Of a DNA stretch of 34,627 bases, positions 1-10,509 are shown piece after piece. A model generated the notes under the pieces. The model worked only from the letters and a program-made list of their open reading frames with translations, did no database searches and was not told the DNA's origin. Positions within the stretch are counted from its first letter, which is position 1; each line of letters opens with the position of its first letter. Source of the DNA: Octopus bimaculoides (taxonomy: Eukaryota). The DNA lies in contig NC_068982.1 of NCBI RefSeq assembly GCF_001194135.2, forward strand, positions 23,065,507-23,100,133, in the 5' to 3' direction. The position numbers were made by a program, and so were the translations under genes.

Positions 1-155
1 TATATATATATATATGTATATGCACGCACATAGATCAATATATAGATATATATGTATATGTATATACACGCAGAAACAGACACATGCATATGCAAATTCA
101 TACATGCAAACACACACACACACGCACAAGCATACACACATACACACACAGACAC
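1..155. repeat. Compound (TA)n/(CA)n microsatellite
   Basis: Directly visible TA, TG and CA dinucleotide runs. This explains the THTH-rich ORF 14..214. Confidence 0.95.
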
Positions 156-810
156 GCACCATAAATGTCACTTGCAAGAGTGAGTTATGCACCAATATAC
201 CAACCATTCACTAATTGTTTTACGCTCGTTTGTAGAATCCTACGTTTGTACACATCAACTCAGACCTCACATAACGCAGAGTCATTACTGAATAACCAGA
301 AATGACTTTGACAAAAGAAGTATTAATTTTTTTAGGTCGTTCAACTTTTCTCATCCGACTAATGGCGCGATTGAGTAAGCTTATCGATCATGAACCTATA
401 CAGCCTTCTGGAAACAGCCGCAAGTCAAATTTATTGTAATAAAGAAAAAGAAAAAAAGGTTATGATCAGTATTTATATCTGGTCTTATTTATCACTCTGT
501 GTGGAAAACTGGAGCACAACCACGGATTTAAAATATAGAATGGTGATGAACTGTAAACTCGGATACTACAACAAGTATACGTGGAGTTCTTTACTAACCT
601 AAACAATATTGTTAGCTTGGTGTACTAGCAGAGAGCCTATGAAGTATTTGCCCAGATTGATAATCCCTCGCAAATAATTCTGTTATATATATATATATAT
701 ATACATATACATACATATGTACATACCCCTCCCCACACATATATATATTATCTGCCTGTAATTTAGATTATATAATCTGTCTGTAGTTCGAAGAAGAAGT
801 ACACTTCATA

Positions 811-1214
811 TGTTCCAGGACGAGGCTCGTCTTCTAGGCTGTAGTTTCCGGCTCGGAATTTCNNNNNNNNNNTAGGCTGTAGTTTCCGGCTCGGAATTTC
901 TAGAAACACCGTTGACACTGGCTTACGCTTGTTGTCCGATCCCCATATACTGCATTAATATTCCTCGCACATTCCGTTGTGTTGATTGCCTTTATTGAAT
1001 TCATAAAGCAAAATATGTCACTTCTATTATAGCTTTGAAAAAATAACTGTTAAAATCGAACTGCACTCTTCAACACTTGCACAAAAAATAAGGACAAGTT
1101 AAAATTACTACCTGCTTTTATAGCGAGTTAATGCAGGTAGTTCATCCAGTTCCCCTCCGACTTTTAGTTCATGCAGTTGATAAAAAACCGCAATATTTAT
1201 GGGGTGACCCAATA
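811..1214 (-). mobile_element. Mariner (Tc1/mariner) DNA transposon 5' relic: left TIR plus dead transposase N-terminal HTH
   Basis: Minus strand reads TA+TTGGGTCACCCCATAAATATTGCGGTTTTTT (TA at 1213-1214, TIR about 1183-1212), resembling the Hsmar1/MADE1-type TIR TTAGGTTGGTGCAAAAGTAATTGCGGTTTT as I recall it. Manual translation of about 1017-811 gives HILLYEFNKGN/(frameshift)NTTECARNINAVYGDRTTSVSQCQRCF*KFRAGNYSLEDEPRPG, the mariner HTH region with the SLEDE.R.GR.-type linker. It has a frameshift and a stop and is truncated; no right TIR was found. Confidence 0.9.
835..900. other. Assembly artefact: 28-bp overlap duplicated across a 10-N gap
   Basis: TAGGCTGTAGTTTCCGGCTCGGAATTTC occurs at 835-862 and 873-900 on either side of N863-872. 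Removing one copy restores the mariner reading frame. Confidence 0.9.
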
Positions 1215-2942
1215 CTTAGAAGTCGTTTGTTTTANNNNNNNNNNNNNNNNNNNNNNNNNNNNNNNNNNNNNNNNNNNNNNNNNNNNNNNNNNNNNNNNNN
1301 NNNNNNNNNNNNNNNNNNNNNNNNNNNNNNNNNNNNNNNNNNNNNNNNNNNNNNNNNNNNNNNNNNNNNNNNNNNNNNNNNNNNNNNNATATATATATAT
1401 ATATACATATTGTGATAGAGTTCGTTGGTAAGAAGTGAACGATATCACCGAAAATCATTTACAAAACTTCAGAAATAATCTCACATATTTTCTGCCTCGA
1501 TCCTGCCAATATTTTGTTTTACTGCCATCATTTAACCTTAATTCTATCTTTCACCCCTTGTCTATGGCACTATTTTCACAATTTCTCACCCTTCTTTTCT
1601 TTTCCTCACCCTTTATTTCTTGACCTTTCTTTCACTTCCTTCTTTTTCGACATTTAATTTGATGCGTGCACATGCACGCACATATATACATATGTACTCT
1701 CTATCGCCATATTATATAGAGATAGTTTCTATTCGTTTGAAATTTTGATTCCTTATAAATGCAAAGAAAATGAGAAATTATAGTAAATGAAATTATGGAA
1801 ACTTCTTCCTGCATATCCAAAATCCTGACGTGTTCTATTAATTCTTTATAGAGCTCTAGGAGCAGCAGTCTCTTGTGTAAACCTATAGTTCTAGTGACCA
1901 ACTGTAGTGCGTGAGATAGGGAAACATGTGTATCCACCATGTTTGTATTCTCTCTATCTCATAGAGTATTCATGTGATGTCTGTCAGTATGATGTAAGCA
2001 GGTGGAAGATGGGCTATCAACATCAATTAAGATTAATTAGCAATTAAGCTTAAGATTATGTATAAGATTAAGATTAAATGTCAATTATGAATGCAACAAC
2101 CATTTATGCCAGTTCTTAATGTTGGCATTATCCACTTAAATCGTTCATAACCACGCTAAACTGCTGACTAGGGAGCGCTACCTGCATTATAATTATTCAG
2201 CAATAGCTAACTCCTAATAAATGCGAATAAAATTGAATACCTTGTCAGGGATACAGAATATCACATGAAACAACACACGAAACTTGACGTGATTTGAACT
2301 CGTAACATATAAGCCAAAATCCAATACGCATTAAATTATTACAGAGATACAAGTTCAGTAAATATCATGCGAGAAGAATGCGAGAAGAATGCGACTAAAG
2401 GACATTCATTTCTTCCATAGCGTTCAATGCCAGATGAGGCGTAAAAAGAGAAAGAATGAACTTCAGATAGGAAAAGAAGTCGGTTCCGGTCAAGCACTCT
2501 CTTAGGTAGAAAGCTTCTTTATTTACTGTCTATAAGGTATCGACAGAATAATAAGCCATTATTGATTCTATACTGGTAAGAAACTCTCATGAGAGGTGAA
2601 GAGCAGACGGTTTTCAGAAAAGAAACTTCCTTCAGGCAAGTGTTTTCGCAGATAACTTTTTACACTCTAATGGGGCCGAGCTGCATCCAGGTCATGACTC
2701 CTAGGTACCCGTCTGCTGACAATTTTTAGCTACATGGCTATCGGAGACTTTTGCATTTAAACAGTCTGGAGGTTTCTTGTAGTTACTACTCCTCTCTGTT
2801 GAGTCAAACTTACACTTGAAGAAGAAATAAGGAGCTATGGAGGAATATGTTTCATATATTGACATACTTTCTGCAATTTGTTATGTTCCTATTAACATCT
2901 GGTAAAAAGTACATAATTTTAAGGGAGTGATAGTGAAAGGAA

Positions 2943-2944
2943 GA

Positions 2945-3003
<59 letters not shown>

Positions 3004-3315
3004 NNNNNNNNNNNNNNNNNNNNNNNNNNNNNNNNNNNNNNNNNNNNNNNNNNNNNNNNNNNNNNNNNNNNNNNNNNNNNNNNNNNNNNNNNNNNNNNNN
3101 NNNNNNNNNNNNNNNNNNNNNNNNNNNNNNNNNNNNNNNNNNNNNNNNNNNNNNNNNNNNNNNNNNNNNNNNNNNNNNNNNNNNNNNNNNNNNNNNNNNN
3201 NNNNNNNNNNNNNNNNNNNNNNNNNNNNNNNNNNNNNNNNNNNNNNNNNNNNNNNNNNNNNNNNNNNNNNNNNNNNNNNNNNNNNNNNNNNNNNNNNNNN
3301 NNNNNNNNNNNNNNN

Positions 3316-3352
<37 letters not shown>
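2943..3352. repeat. (GA)n - N gap - (TA)n microsatellite block
   Basis: GA run before N3004-3315 and TA run after it. Confidence 0.95.
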
Positions 3353-3355
<3 letters not shown>

Positions 3356-4165
3356 CTACGTGTAATACTACAGTTGTACAGCTGTTAAGACAAATATTAA
3401 CACCGTTCCGCTTAAAGACGATAATGCTAGCAGACGAAAGCGAAGTAGTCCTGTGTTTTTTTTGTCTCTCATGGTGTCATAAGAATAATTAATGAAACAG
3501 CGAATCAGTCAATCAATCAAAGATATCAGGAATTAATCTCTTTGAGAAAATTCTGTGTTACTGTGTAATATAGCGTTCAAAATAGGTTAACTGCACCAAT
3601 TATAAAACTATAGAACTGCCGCAGACGAGAGAGCAAATAAATCATATCGTCTAGATATCCATGCGTTACAAGTTAATAATCACATGTCTGTATGCTTTCA
3701 ATGGATCATTAATAATGAAATGTATACATGAATAATTTTGATGAGTTTTATTGATTTCAACGAATTATCATCGAAGATTTAAGACGTATCTTTACATTTT
3801 GAATGTTATTATATTTAATCGAAGCTTCATATAAATTTGAAATCAAATTTATTCCTCGCAAAGATATGTAAAATACTTAGAATTGGAAAATAAAAGTGAG
3901 TATTTTATGATGAAAAGAGCATTGAGTATACTTTAAAGTTAGGGGAGGGTAACCGAGGTCATGCGACGTCCATAACGTTTTGACTTGCATTATCATCTCC
4001 CAAAGAAGTGAAATGAATCACCCTAAACCAAGTCCATTCCTCTGTGAGGCTAACATATAGTTGCAAAGTCAAAGCATTTAATAGATGTTAAGGACACCCG
4101 CAATGAAGATTAATTAAATATGATCAATTTTAATGATTAATTCTAATTATAAAGGCATGGGAGGC

Positions 4166-4462
4166 TATATATATGCTTATACATACATATATATATACAT
4201 ACATACATACATACATATACACACATATAAATATATACATAATGAGAGAGAGAAAGAGCGATGTTTATCAAAGGTTACATAACTATATCATGCCTTGATA
4301 CTGTGCATCAAAGTGTGACGTATATACACGCATACATACACACACATACGCACACACACACACACAAACTCACCCACACATATATCTATATTGAGAGAGG
4401 CAGAGAGAAAGAGACACAGAGGGAGAGACAGAGAGAAGAAAGAGAAAGAAGCGAGAGAGAGA

Positions 4463-4525
<63 letters not shown>
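4166..4525. repeat. Compound (TA)/(TACA)/(CA)/(GA)n microsatellite
   Basis: Directly visible. This explains ORFs 4261..4560, 4288..4563 and 4370..4591. Confidence 0.95.
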
Positions 4526-4527
<2 letters not shown>

Positions 4528-4960
4528 CGTGAATGCGCTGTAGACGGTGGAAATTTCTAACATCTGTTGTTGAATAACGATTAGAATTCATTCATAAAAC
4601 GTTAACCAGCCACCTACGCAACATTCATGGAATATATAAAACGAAGACCTCTTTACAAAGTGAGTGGAAAACTTGAATTTGCCTTGAAATCATAATTAGT
4701 TGAAACCCATGCAACCATAAGATAATGAAGGTTCTACAGCTGGCATGGGTAACCGCTTTCGAGTTGTGGGCCGCGTGAGATATGTTACATAAATTGGGGC
4801 GGACTAGTAAAATATTCAATGTAATTTTTCCTTGGAGGTTTCTCAACCATTTGCCCTGCGTAAGCATCTGTTCTCGAAAGAGGGAAAAGTTGATTTTTTT
4901 GTTCTGTAATTAACAAGTCGAAATCTTGGGAATAAACTATTATCACTAATGACTGCAACA

Positions 4961-5160
4961 TGTTGAGCTGGCAGGATCACAAGTACACCAGAAAAATATT
5001 TAGTGGCATTTTTCAGGCACTTTTCGTTCTGAGTTCAAATGTCACCGAGGTCCATTTTGCATTTCTTCCTTTCAGGGTTGATAAAATGAGTACCAGTTGA
5101 GCACTAGAGTCGATTTAATCGAATTAACCTTCCTCTCAAAATTGCTGGACTCATTCCAAA
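4961..5160 (+). mobile_element. tRNA-derived SINE, family A (degenerate)
   Basis: TGAGCTGGCAGGATC head, B-box-like GAGTTCAAAT, central block TTTGCATTTCTTCCTTTCAGGGTTGATAAAATGAGTACCAG and GTCGATTTAATCGAA hairpin. It is colinear with the young copies at 9075-9740. Confidence 0.85.
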
Positions 5161-6806
5161 CCACTATCAGTGAGGACAAGGTGGTTAGCAGACGCTGCTA
5201 ATAACACTACGGAATAATTAAATGACAAAAAAAAAAAAAATACAATGAATATTTGAAAAATCAGTGTATTAAATATGACCTGTTTACAGAAGATAAAATT
5301 GAATATTTTCATAATCTGTTTATCAACATTTTACTAAAAGAACCACTTTTACCTTCAATCACAGGTGCACATTTAACAATCAGACCATTAAATAATTTCA
5401 TTGCCTNNNNNNNNNNGAAAACTTTAATATGTAAACAAAATGTAGTAAGATTTGTCTTTAATTCATTTATTTGACGATACAACAAAGGGGAAAAAAAAGA
5501 AAGCAAAATACTTTCTTCAAAGTACAAAATATATTTCTTCTCTAGCGTAAAGAATTATAATGAACGCTTCTACTTACGTGTTATCATCTCCCTGAGTGAA
5601 AATCACGATTTATTTAGTTCCATTTGCAGTTCCTTTCGTGTTATTTTTTTCAATTTCAGCATTATATTGACCCCCAAAAAGGTTAAAACCAGTTCCTCTA
5701 GATCTGAAGTCTTTAAATCTTGTATTCAGTTTTTATTTCCACTCACTTTGCTCCACAGAAAATAAGCTTAGAGTGAAGAAATGGAAAACGTCACCAGTCT
5801 TTAGTTGATTTTTTTCAAATTTGAAGTCTAATTTCAAAAACACCCACATGAGAATACATCAAATTATTTTGCTTTTGCAATTTCAAACTGAAATCTATTA
5901 AATGGGTTGTAATATTTATGAGAGAAACAAGGTTACAAATCTAGTTATCATCCTTCAGCTAAATTTGCCCTTTATTTCTTAGAAGGCGGAAACATTCTCT
6001 CTGAAACTATAAAACCGCTGACGCATTTTCTTCTTATTTTGCACAGTAGTAAACTAAATAATTATACTCCGATTCAAGTCCTAAGAATTCTTTAAACTGG
6101 AGATGGTCAAACGCTCGAGATCTTTAAAACTTCTATTATTGAAACAACTACACGTATAACATTTTCAAATTTTACCGACTTTTCACATTAATTTTCTTGA
6201 TTTACGCAATGAATCATAAGAACTTCGTTCTCGCTTTCTTTACATTTTTTTCATAAATGCTATATCTTGTAATTGTGCCTTTAAGAATGTGAACAGTAAG
6301 TAATACATTGGTGATATTAAATGATATGTGAATACTGTATATGAAGGTTGCCAGTTGAGCTCAAACGGATGTATCTCTATTTTTGTTTAAAGCCGGTGAA
6401 AATCAATCAAATTCACTTATTTTTTTATTCTGACAACGTGGCTTCGTTGTATATCTGCAGCTTGTTTTTCGATCCGTCTGGTTAATATCCTTTAAGGAAA
6501 GTTAACTTTGTCAAACATATTTAACTTTTCCGGTAATAAAAGTTCACTCACTGCCAAAGGACATTCCTTTAAAAAAAATCACCGCCGGCACAATTTAAAA
6601 ATTATATTCCATCTTTTTCGCTAATAACATATCTTGCATGCACAATGTTTTCGAATCGAGAAAAGAGCATATTAACGCTGCTGATATGTTTCGTGACGGC
6701 ATCAAGTTTTGCTTTGAAAAAAATCTTTAAATTTATCGACCCTCGAATGTTTTGAAGCGTCATTAGCATTAAATACTTTAAAGGTGGAGATGGATTCAAA
6801 ACATAT

Positions 6807-7183
6807 GTTGTTGGCACTCCGTCGCTTACGACGTCGAGGGCCCCAGTTGATCCGATCAATGGAACAGCCTGCTCGTGAAATTAACGTGCAAGTGGCTGAA
6901 CATACCACAGACAAGTGCACCCATAACGTAGTTCTCGGGGATATTCAGCGTGAGATAGTGTGACAATGATGGCCCCCTTTGAAATACAGGTACAACAAAA
7001 ACAGGAAGAAAGAGTGAGAGAAAGTTGTGTTGAAAGAGTACAGCAGGGTTCGCCACCATACCCTGCCGGAGCCTCGTGGAGCTTTAGGTTTTTTCGCTCA
7101 ATAAACACTCACAACGCCCGGTCTGGGAATCGAAACCACGATCCTAAGACCGGGAGTCCGCTGCCCTAACCACTGGGCCTTGC
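6807..7183 (-). mobile_element. tRNA-derived SINE, family B, near full length
   Basis: Minus-strand head GGCCCAGTGGTTAGGGCAGCGGACTCCCGGTCTTAGGATCGTGGTTTCGATTCCCAGACC carries an A-box-like GGCCCAGTGG and a B-box-like GGTTTCGATTCC. A body of about 300 bp follows and ends GACGGAGTGCCAACAAC. I recognise it as an abundant octopus repeat. The ORFs at 6602-7169 are read-throughs of it. Confidence 0.85.
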
Positions 7184-8518
7184 ACAATACAAAGAAGTAA
7201 TCATTTGTCCACTTTCTGGTGTTTTAAAAAATTTTCTCGGAAATCTTAATCTTTGTCTTTTGGATGAAGCCACGAGCTGTGAGCTGTGATATCTACAATA
7301 AAAAATTTAGAAAGCTACTTATTGATTTAGTTTAAAATTTCTGTTTCCACTGCTTCTAACGATTTGTTGCGATAATTCAACAATTTTAACTACAAGTGTG
7401 TATCATTTCGCGAGCTTAGCACATATTTTGAATGTAAAGTTCTTAGTTCTCCCCGACAACTTTACATGATACTCATGGGGAGTTACAGTTACTGATCTCA
7501 ACAAGTCGTTATTGGCGTTTGAAAGAAACTGAATATTAAATGAATAATTTCCATTCGTTGTTGTAGTTTCCTATGTAGAAATGCCAGCTTAAGGCTCTTG
7601 AATGTTTGGATGGCTGCAGATTGACTCTGAGGCACGCTGAAAATTACAGTGAAGACGCCTATGATTAAATAGGCCTGACATAGGTTTACTGCGTTGTGAT
7701 TAATCTGACTCTAAACAACTAAAATAACAAGAAAAACAATGCACACATGCATTTAGAAACGTACTTATTTGCGCATGTTCACGTGTGTGAGATTATGAAT
7801 ATCTATATGTCTATGTATGCATGTTTGTGTAAGCGACTGTGAGTGAGCATACCAATCGATTGTGAAAATGACTTGTGTTCTGAGGATGAGATACACGGAA
7901 AGAGAGAGAGGGAGAGAGAAAAAGAATGAGGGACACAAAGTAAGGAAGAGAGTGAGAGGGAGGGGAAAAAAAGAGATAGATACGTAATTAGGTAGCTATA
8001 TATTTTGCACTCTGAGGACAATGTAAAGATGAAAGACAAAACAAATATTTAATCCAACATTCTCTGCCTCGTGAAGAATGGCTTCTAACAAATTTATCTA
8101 CCACGCATTTAACCACACAATCCGGTACCCTAACAAACAATAAGCTAAAGAGCTAATAGATTAACCAACCAATGAAATAAATAAGCTAAACAAGCAACCA
8201 ACCAACAAATCCATGAACTAGTTAACAAACCTACCAATGTATCAATCAAACAACCAGCCAAAAAACCAAGCAATCACTGAGACCACAATTAGACAAGGCA
8301 ACCAACCAACTACGCAATTAGTCAATAAAACAATCAGCCAGCCAATCTGTAACCAGTTGGTCACACAACTAAACAGAGAACAAACCAACTAACTAATTAA
8401 ATACGGTTCTATATTTAAGAGATGAGGAATTCTGTACATTATTTACATTATCTACATTCGTCGGATATTTGTCCTCATCTTGTTTGTTGTTAATACAACG
8501 TTTCGGCTGATATGCCCA

Positions 8519-8595
8519 CGGGCATATGGCGTAGTGGTTAAGAGCGCGGGCTACTAACCCCAAGATTCCCAGTTCGATTCCAAGCAGTGACCTGA
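8519..8595 (+). pseudogene. tRNA-derived SINE head with intact Pol III A and B boxes
   Basis: A box TGGCGTAGTGG (8527-8537), B box GTTCGATTC (8572-8580) and anticodon-loop-like CT-ACT-AA (8551-8557). The anticodon stem has only 3 bp and the acceptor stem does not pair, so this is not a functional tRNA. Confidence 0.85.
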
Positions 8596-8681
8596 ACACT
8601 AATAATAATAATAATAATAATAATGATAATAACATCGAAAAATACCTTAGGAATGAGAATCCAGGTTCGAAATTTCTCCAA

Positions 8682-8727
8682 GACACCTGATGAAGGCTGT
8701 AGGGTATATCAGCCGAAAGGTTGTGTT
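8682..8727 (+). ncRNA. Minimal type I hammerhead ribozyme motif (Penelope-associated type), probably impaired in this copy
   Basis: GACAC (stem I) - CTGATGA (core, 8687-8693) - A - GGCTG/TAGGGTATAT/CAGCC (stem II) - GAAA (8715-8718) - GG - TT - GTGTT (stem I partner). The left inverted arm preserves GAAACGTT, the palindromic ACGU stem III typical of dimer-active minimal hammerheads. This copy has C>G at 8719. Confidence 0.75.
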
Positions 8728-9074
8728 AACAACAAACAAGATGACGGACAAATATCCGTCGAATGTAAATAATGTAAATAATGAAAATAATGTAACTAAT
8801 TAAATATTCAATTTAACAAACTGTTGTGGAATGAACTGACACACCTGCACGTGACTGTTAGGGAACTGGACGATTCTTATAAATTAGATGAGCCAGTAGA
8901 CAGCCGAGGTCGAACTGTGAGAGCGTTAGTCTCGTTACTGATTTTGTGTTGGAGTATTGGATTAATATTGTACGAATAGTTATAATAAGATAACTAACTC
9001 TTGTTTCGCGACTTATTGTTACACGGTTTAAATTTGGTAGTGATATATTGTTACACTCGCACACATCATATATT

Positions 9075-9740
9075 ATTTTCTACTCTGGTCTCCTCCCCCA
9101 AAATTTCGGGCCTTGTGCCCGAAATTTTTGCGGAGGGGCTCAGTCGATTAGATCGACCCCAGAACGCAACTGGTACTTAATTTATCGACCGCGAAAGGAT
9201 GAAAGGCAAAGTCGACCTCGGTGGAATTTGATCTCAGAACGTAAAGACAGACGAAATACCGCTAAGCATTTCGCCCGGCGTGTTAACGTTTCTTATTTCT
9301 TTATTGCCCGCAAGGGGCTAAGCATAGAGGGGACAAACAAGGACAGACAAAGGGATGAAGTCGATTACATCGACCCCGGTGCGTAACTGGTACTTAATTT
9401 ATCGACCGCGAAAGGATGAAAGGCAAAGTTGACCTCAACGGAATTTGAACTCAGAACGTAACAGGCGAAATACCGCTAAGCATTTTGCCCAGCGTACTAA
9501 CGTTTCTTATTTCTTTATTGCCTACAAGGGGCTAAACATAGAGGCGACAAAAAAGGACAGTCAAACGGATAAAGTCGATTACATCGATCTCATTGCGTAA
9601 CTGGTACTTAATTTATCGACCCCGAAAGGATGAAAGGCAAACTCGACCTCGGCGGAATTCCAACTCAGAACGTAACGGCAGACGAAATACCGCTAAGCAT
9701 TTCGTCCGGCGTGCTAACGTTTCTACCAGCTCACCGCCTT
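9075..9740 (-). mobile_element. Head-to-tail trimer of SINE family A inside one TSD pair
   Basis: 16-bp TSD GCACACATCATATATT at 9059-9074 and 9741-9756. TGGTACTTAATTTATCGACC recurs at 9171, 9388 and 9602 (period 217/214 bp). The 5' head AAGGCGGTGAGCTGGTAGAAACG occurs only at the 9740 end. Confidence 0.92.
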
Positions 9741-10509
9741 GCACACATCATATATTGTCACTGGCGATCTTGCACAAAGAAACCACCAGTAACTCATGTA
9801 ACCGACCAGGCAACCAATTATGAAACCAACTACGGAAACATCCTACAACTCACCAATTGACCAATGAAAAGCAAACAATCTAGCAATTAATGAACCAACC
9901 GAATAATCAGCCAATAAATCAACGGAGTAACAGATGAGTAACGATTCGATCAACTAAGAAACCAGTTAACTAAACTAGCAACTAACCAACCGACTGACTG
10001 GACAGTTAGTAAGACAATGAACTAATATCAAACAGAAACAACAACCGAGCAACGTTTATCTCAATCAACGAAGCAATGAACCGACCATATAAGCAACAAA
10101 GCAGCCGACTAGTCAAGCAAGCAAACCAATCGACAGGACGACCAACCGACCGATCGACCGACCGACTTGACCGACCGACCGACCGACCGACCGACGAACC
10201 GGCGACGAACTAATCCCTAGCACCGCGATCAACCAGGCAGTCTAGCAACCTACAAGCCATTGAAATATAGAGATATGGAGAATGACATGAGATTTAGTAA
10301 CAGAGAGGCTTAATATTAAAAAAGAGAAAACAACAAAAAAAAACAGAAAGAAAACACATATGTAAACCAACAAATGTACCAAATGAACGTTTGATCAATG
10401 CAACGACAACAGAACCAACATGGCAAGAAAAACAGCATTATTTAAACAGATTGTTTAGTTTTGGTGCATCCGTACCAGTGTCTCCGTATGTGTGTATGAC
10501 TATGTATTA

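Larger units (their letters stand above)
8404..8792 (+). mobile_element. Composite non-autonomous retroelement: inverted arm + tRNA-like head + (AAT)n + hammerhead-bearing Penelope-like tail
   Basis: 14-bp TSD TAACTAATTAAATA at 8390-8403 and 8793-8806. Arms 8437-8517 and 8702-8783 are inverted repeats with about 5 mismatches and 1 gap in 82 nt. The left arm has a 33-nt extension (8404-8436) absent from the right end. Confidence 0.85.
8100..10260. repeat. Decayed A/C-rich tetranucleotide tract (AACC/AACT/AGCC/GACC) interrupted by insertions
   Basis: AACC-like units at about 8100-8400 resume at about 9780-10260, with a nearly pure (GACC)n at about 10140-10200. Confidence 0.75.

Noticed and set aside
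835-900. 28-bp direct repeat in the mariner relic
   Set aside because: It is an exact duplication across a 10-N placeholder gap, an unmerged contig overlap.
4737-4860. CTGGCATGGGTAACC...GGGCCGCGTGAG resembling a hAT terminal sequence
   Set aside because: Only a vague resemblance, with no matching opposite TIR or 8-bp TSD found.
5578-5591. Minus-strand micro-exon-like pattern TTTTCACTCAG|GGAGATGATAACAC|GTAAGT (a similar 10-nt case lies near 15350-15360)
   Set aside because: Lengths of 14 and 10 nt are not frame-preserving, and such patterns are expected by chance in AT-rich DNA.
8519-8595. Functional tRNA gene
   Set aside because: A and B boxes are intact, but the acceptor stem does not pair, the anticodon stem has only 3 bp, and it sits inside a TSD-flanked repeat.
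9171-9740. Regularly spaced direct repeats that could suggest a CRISPR-like array
   Set aside because: Entire units of about 215 bp are homologous with no unique spacers. This is a eukaryotic SINE multimer with a TSD.
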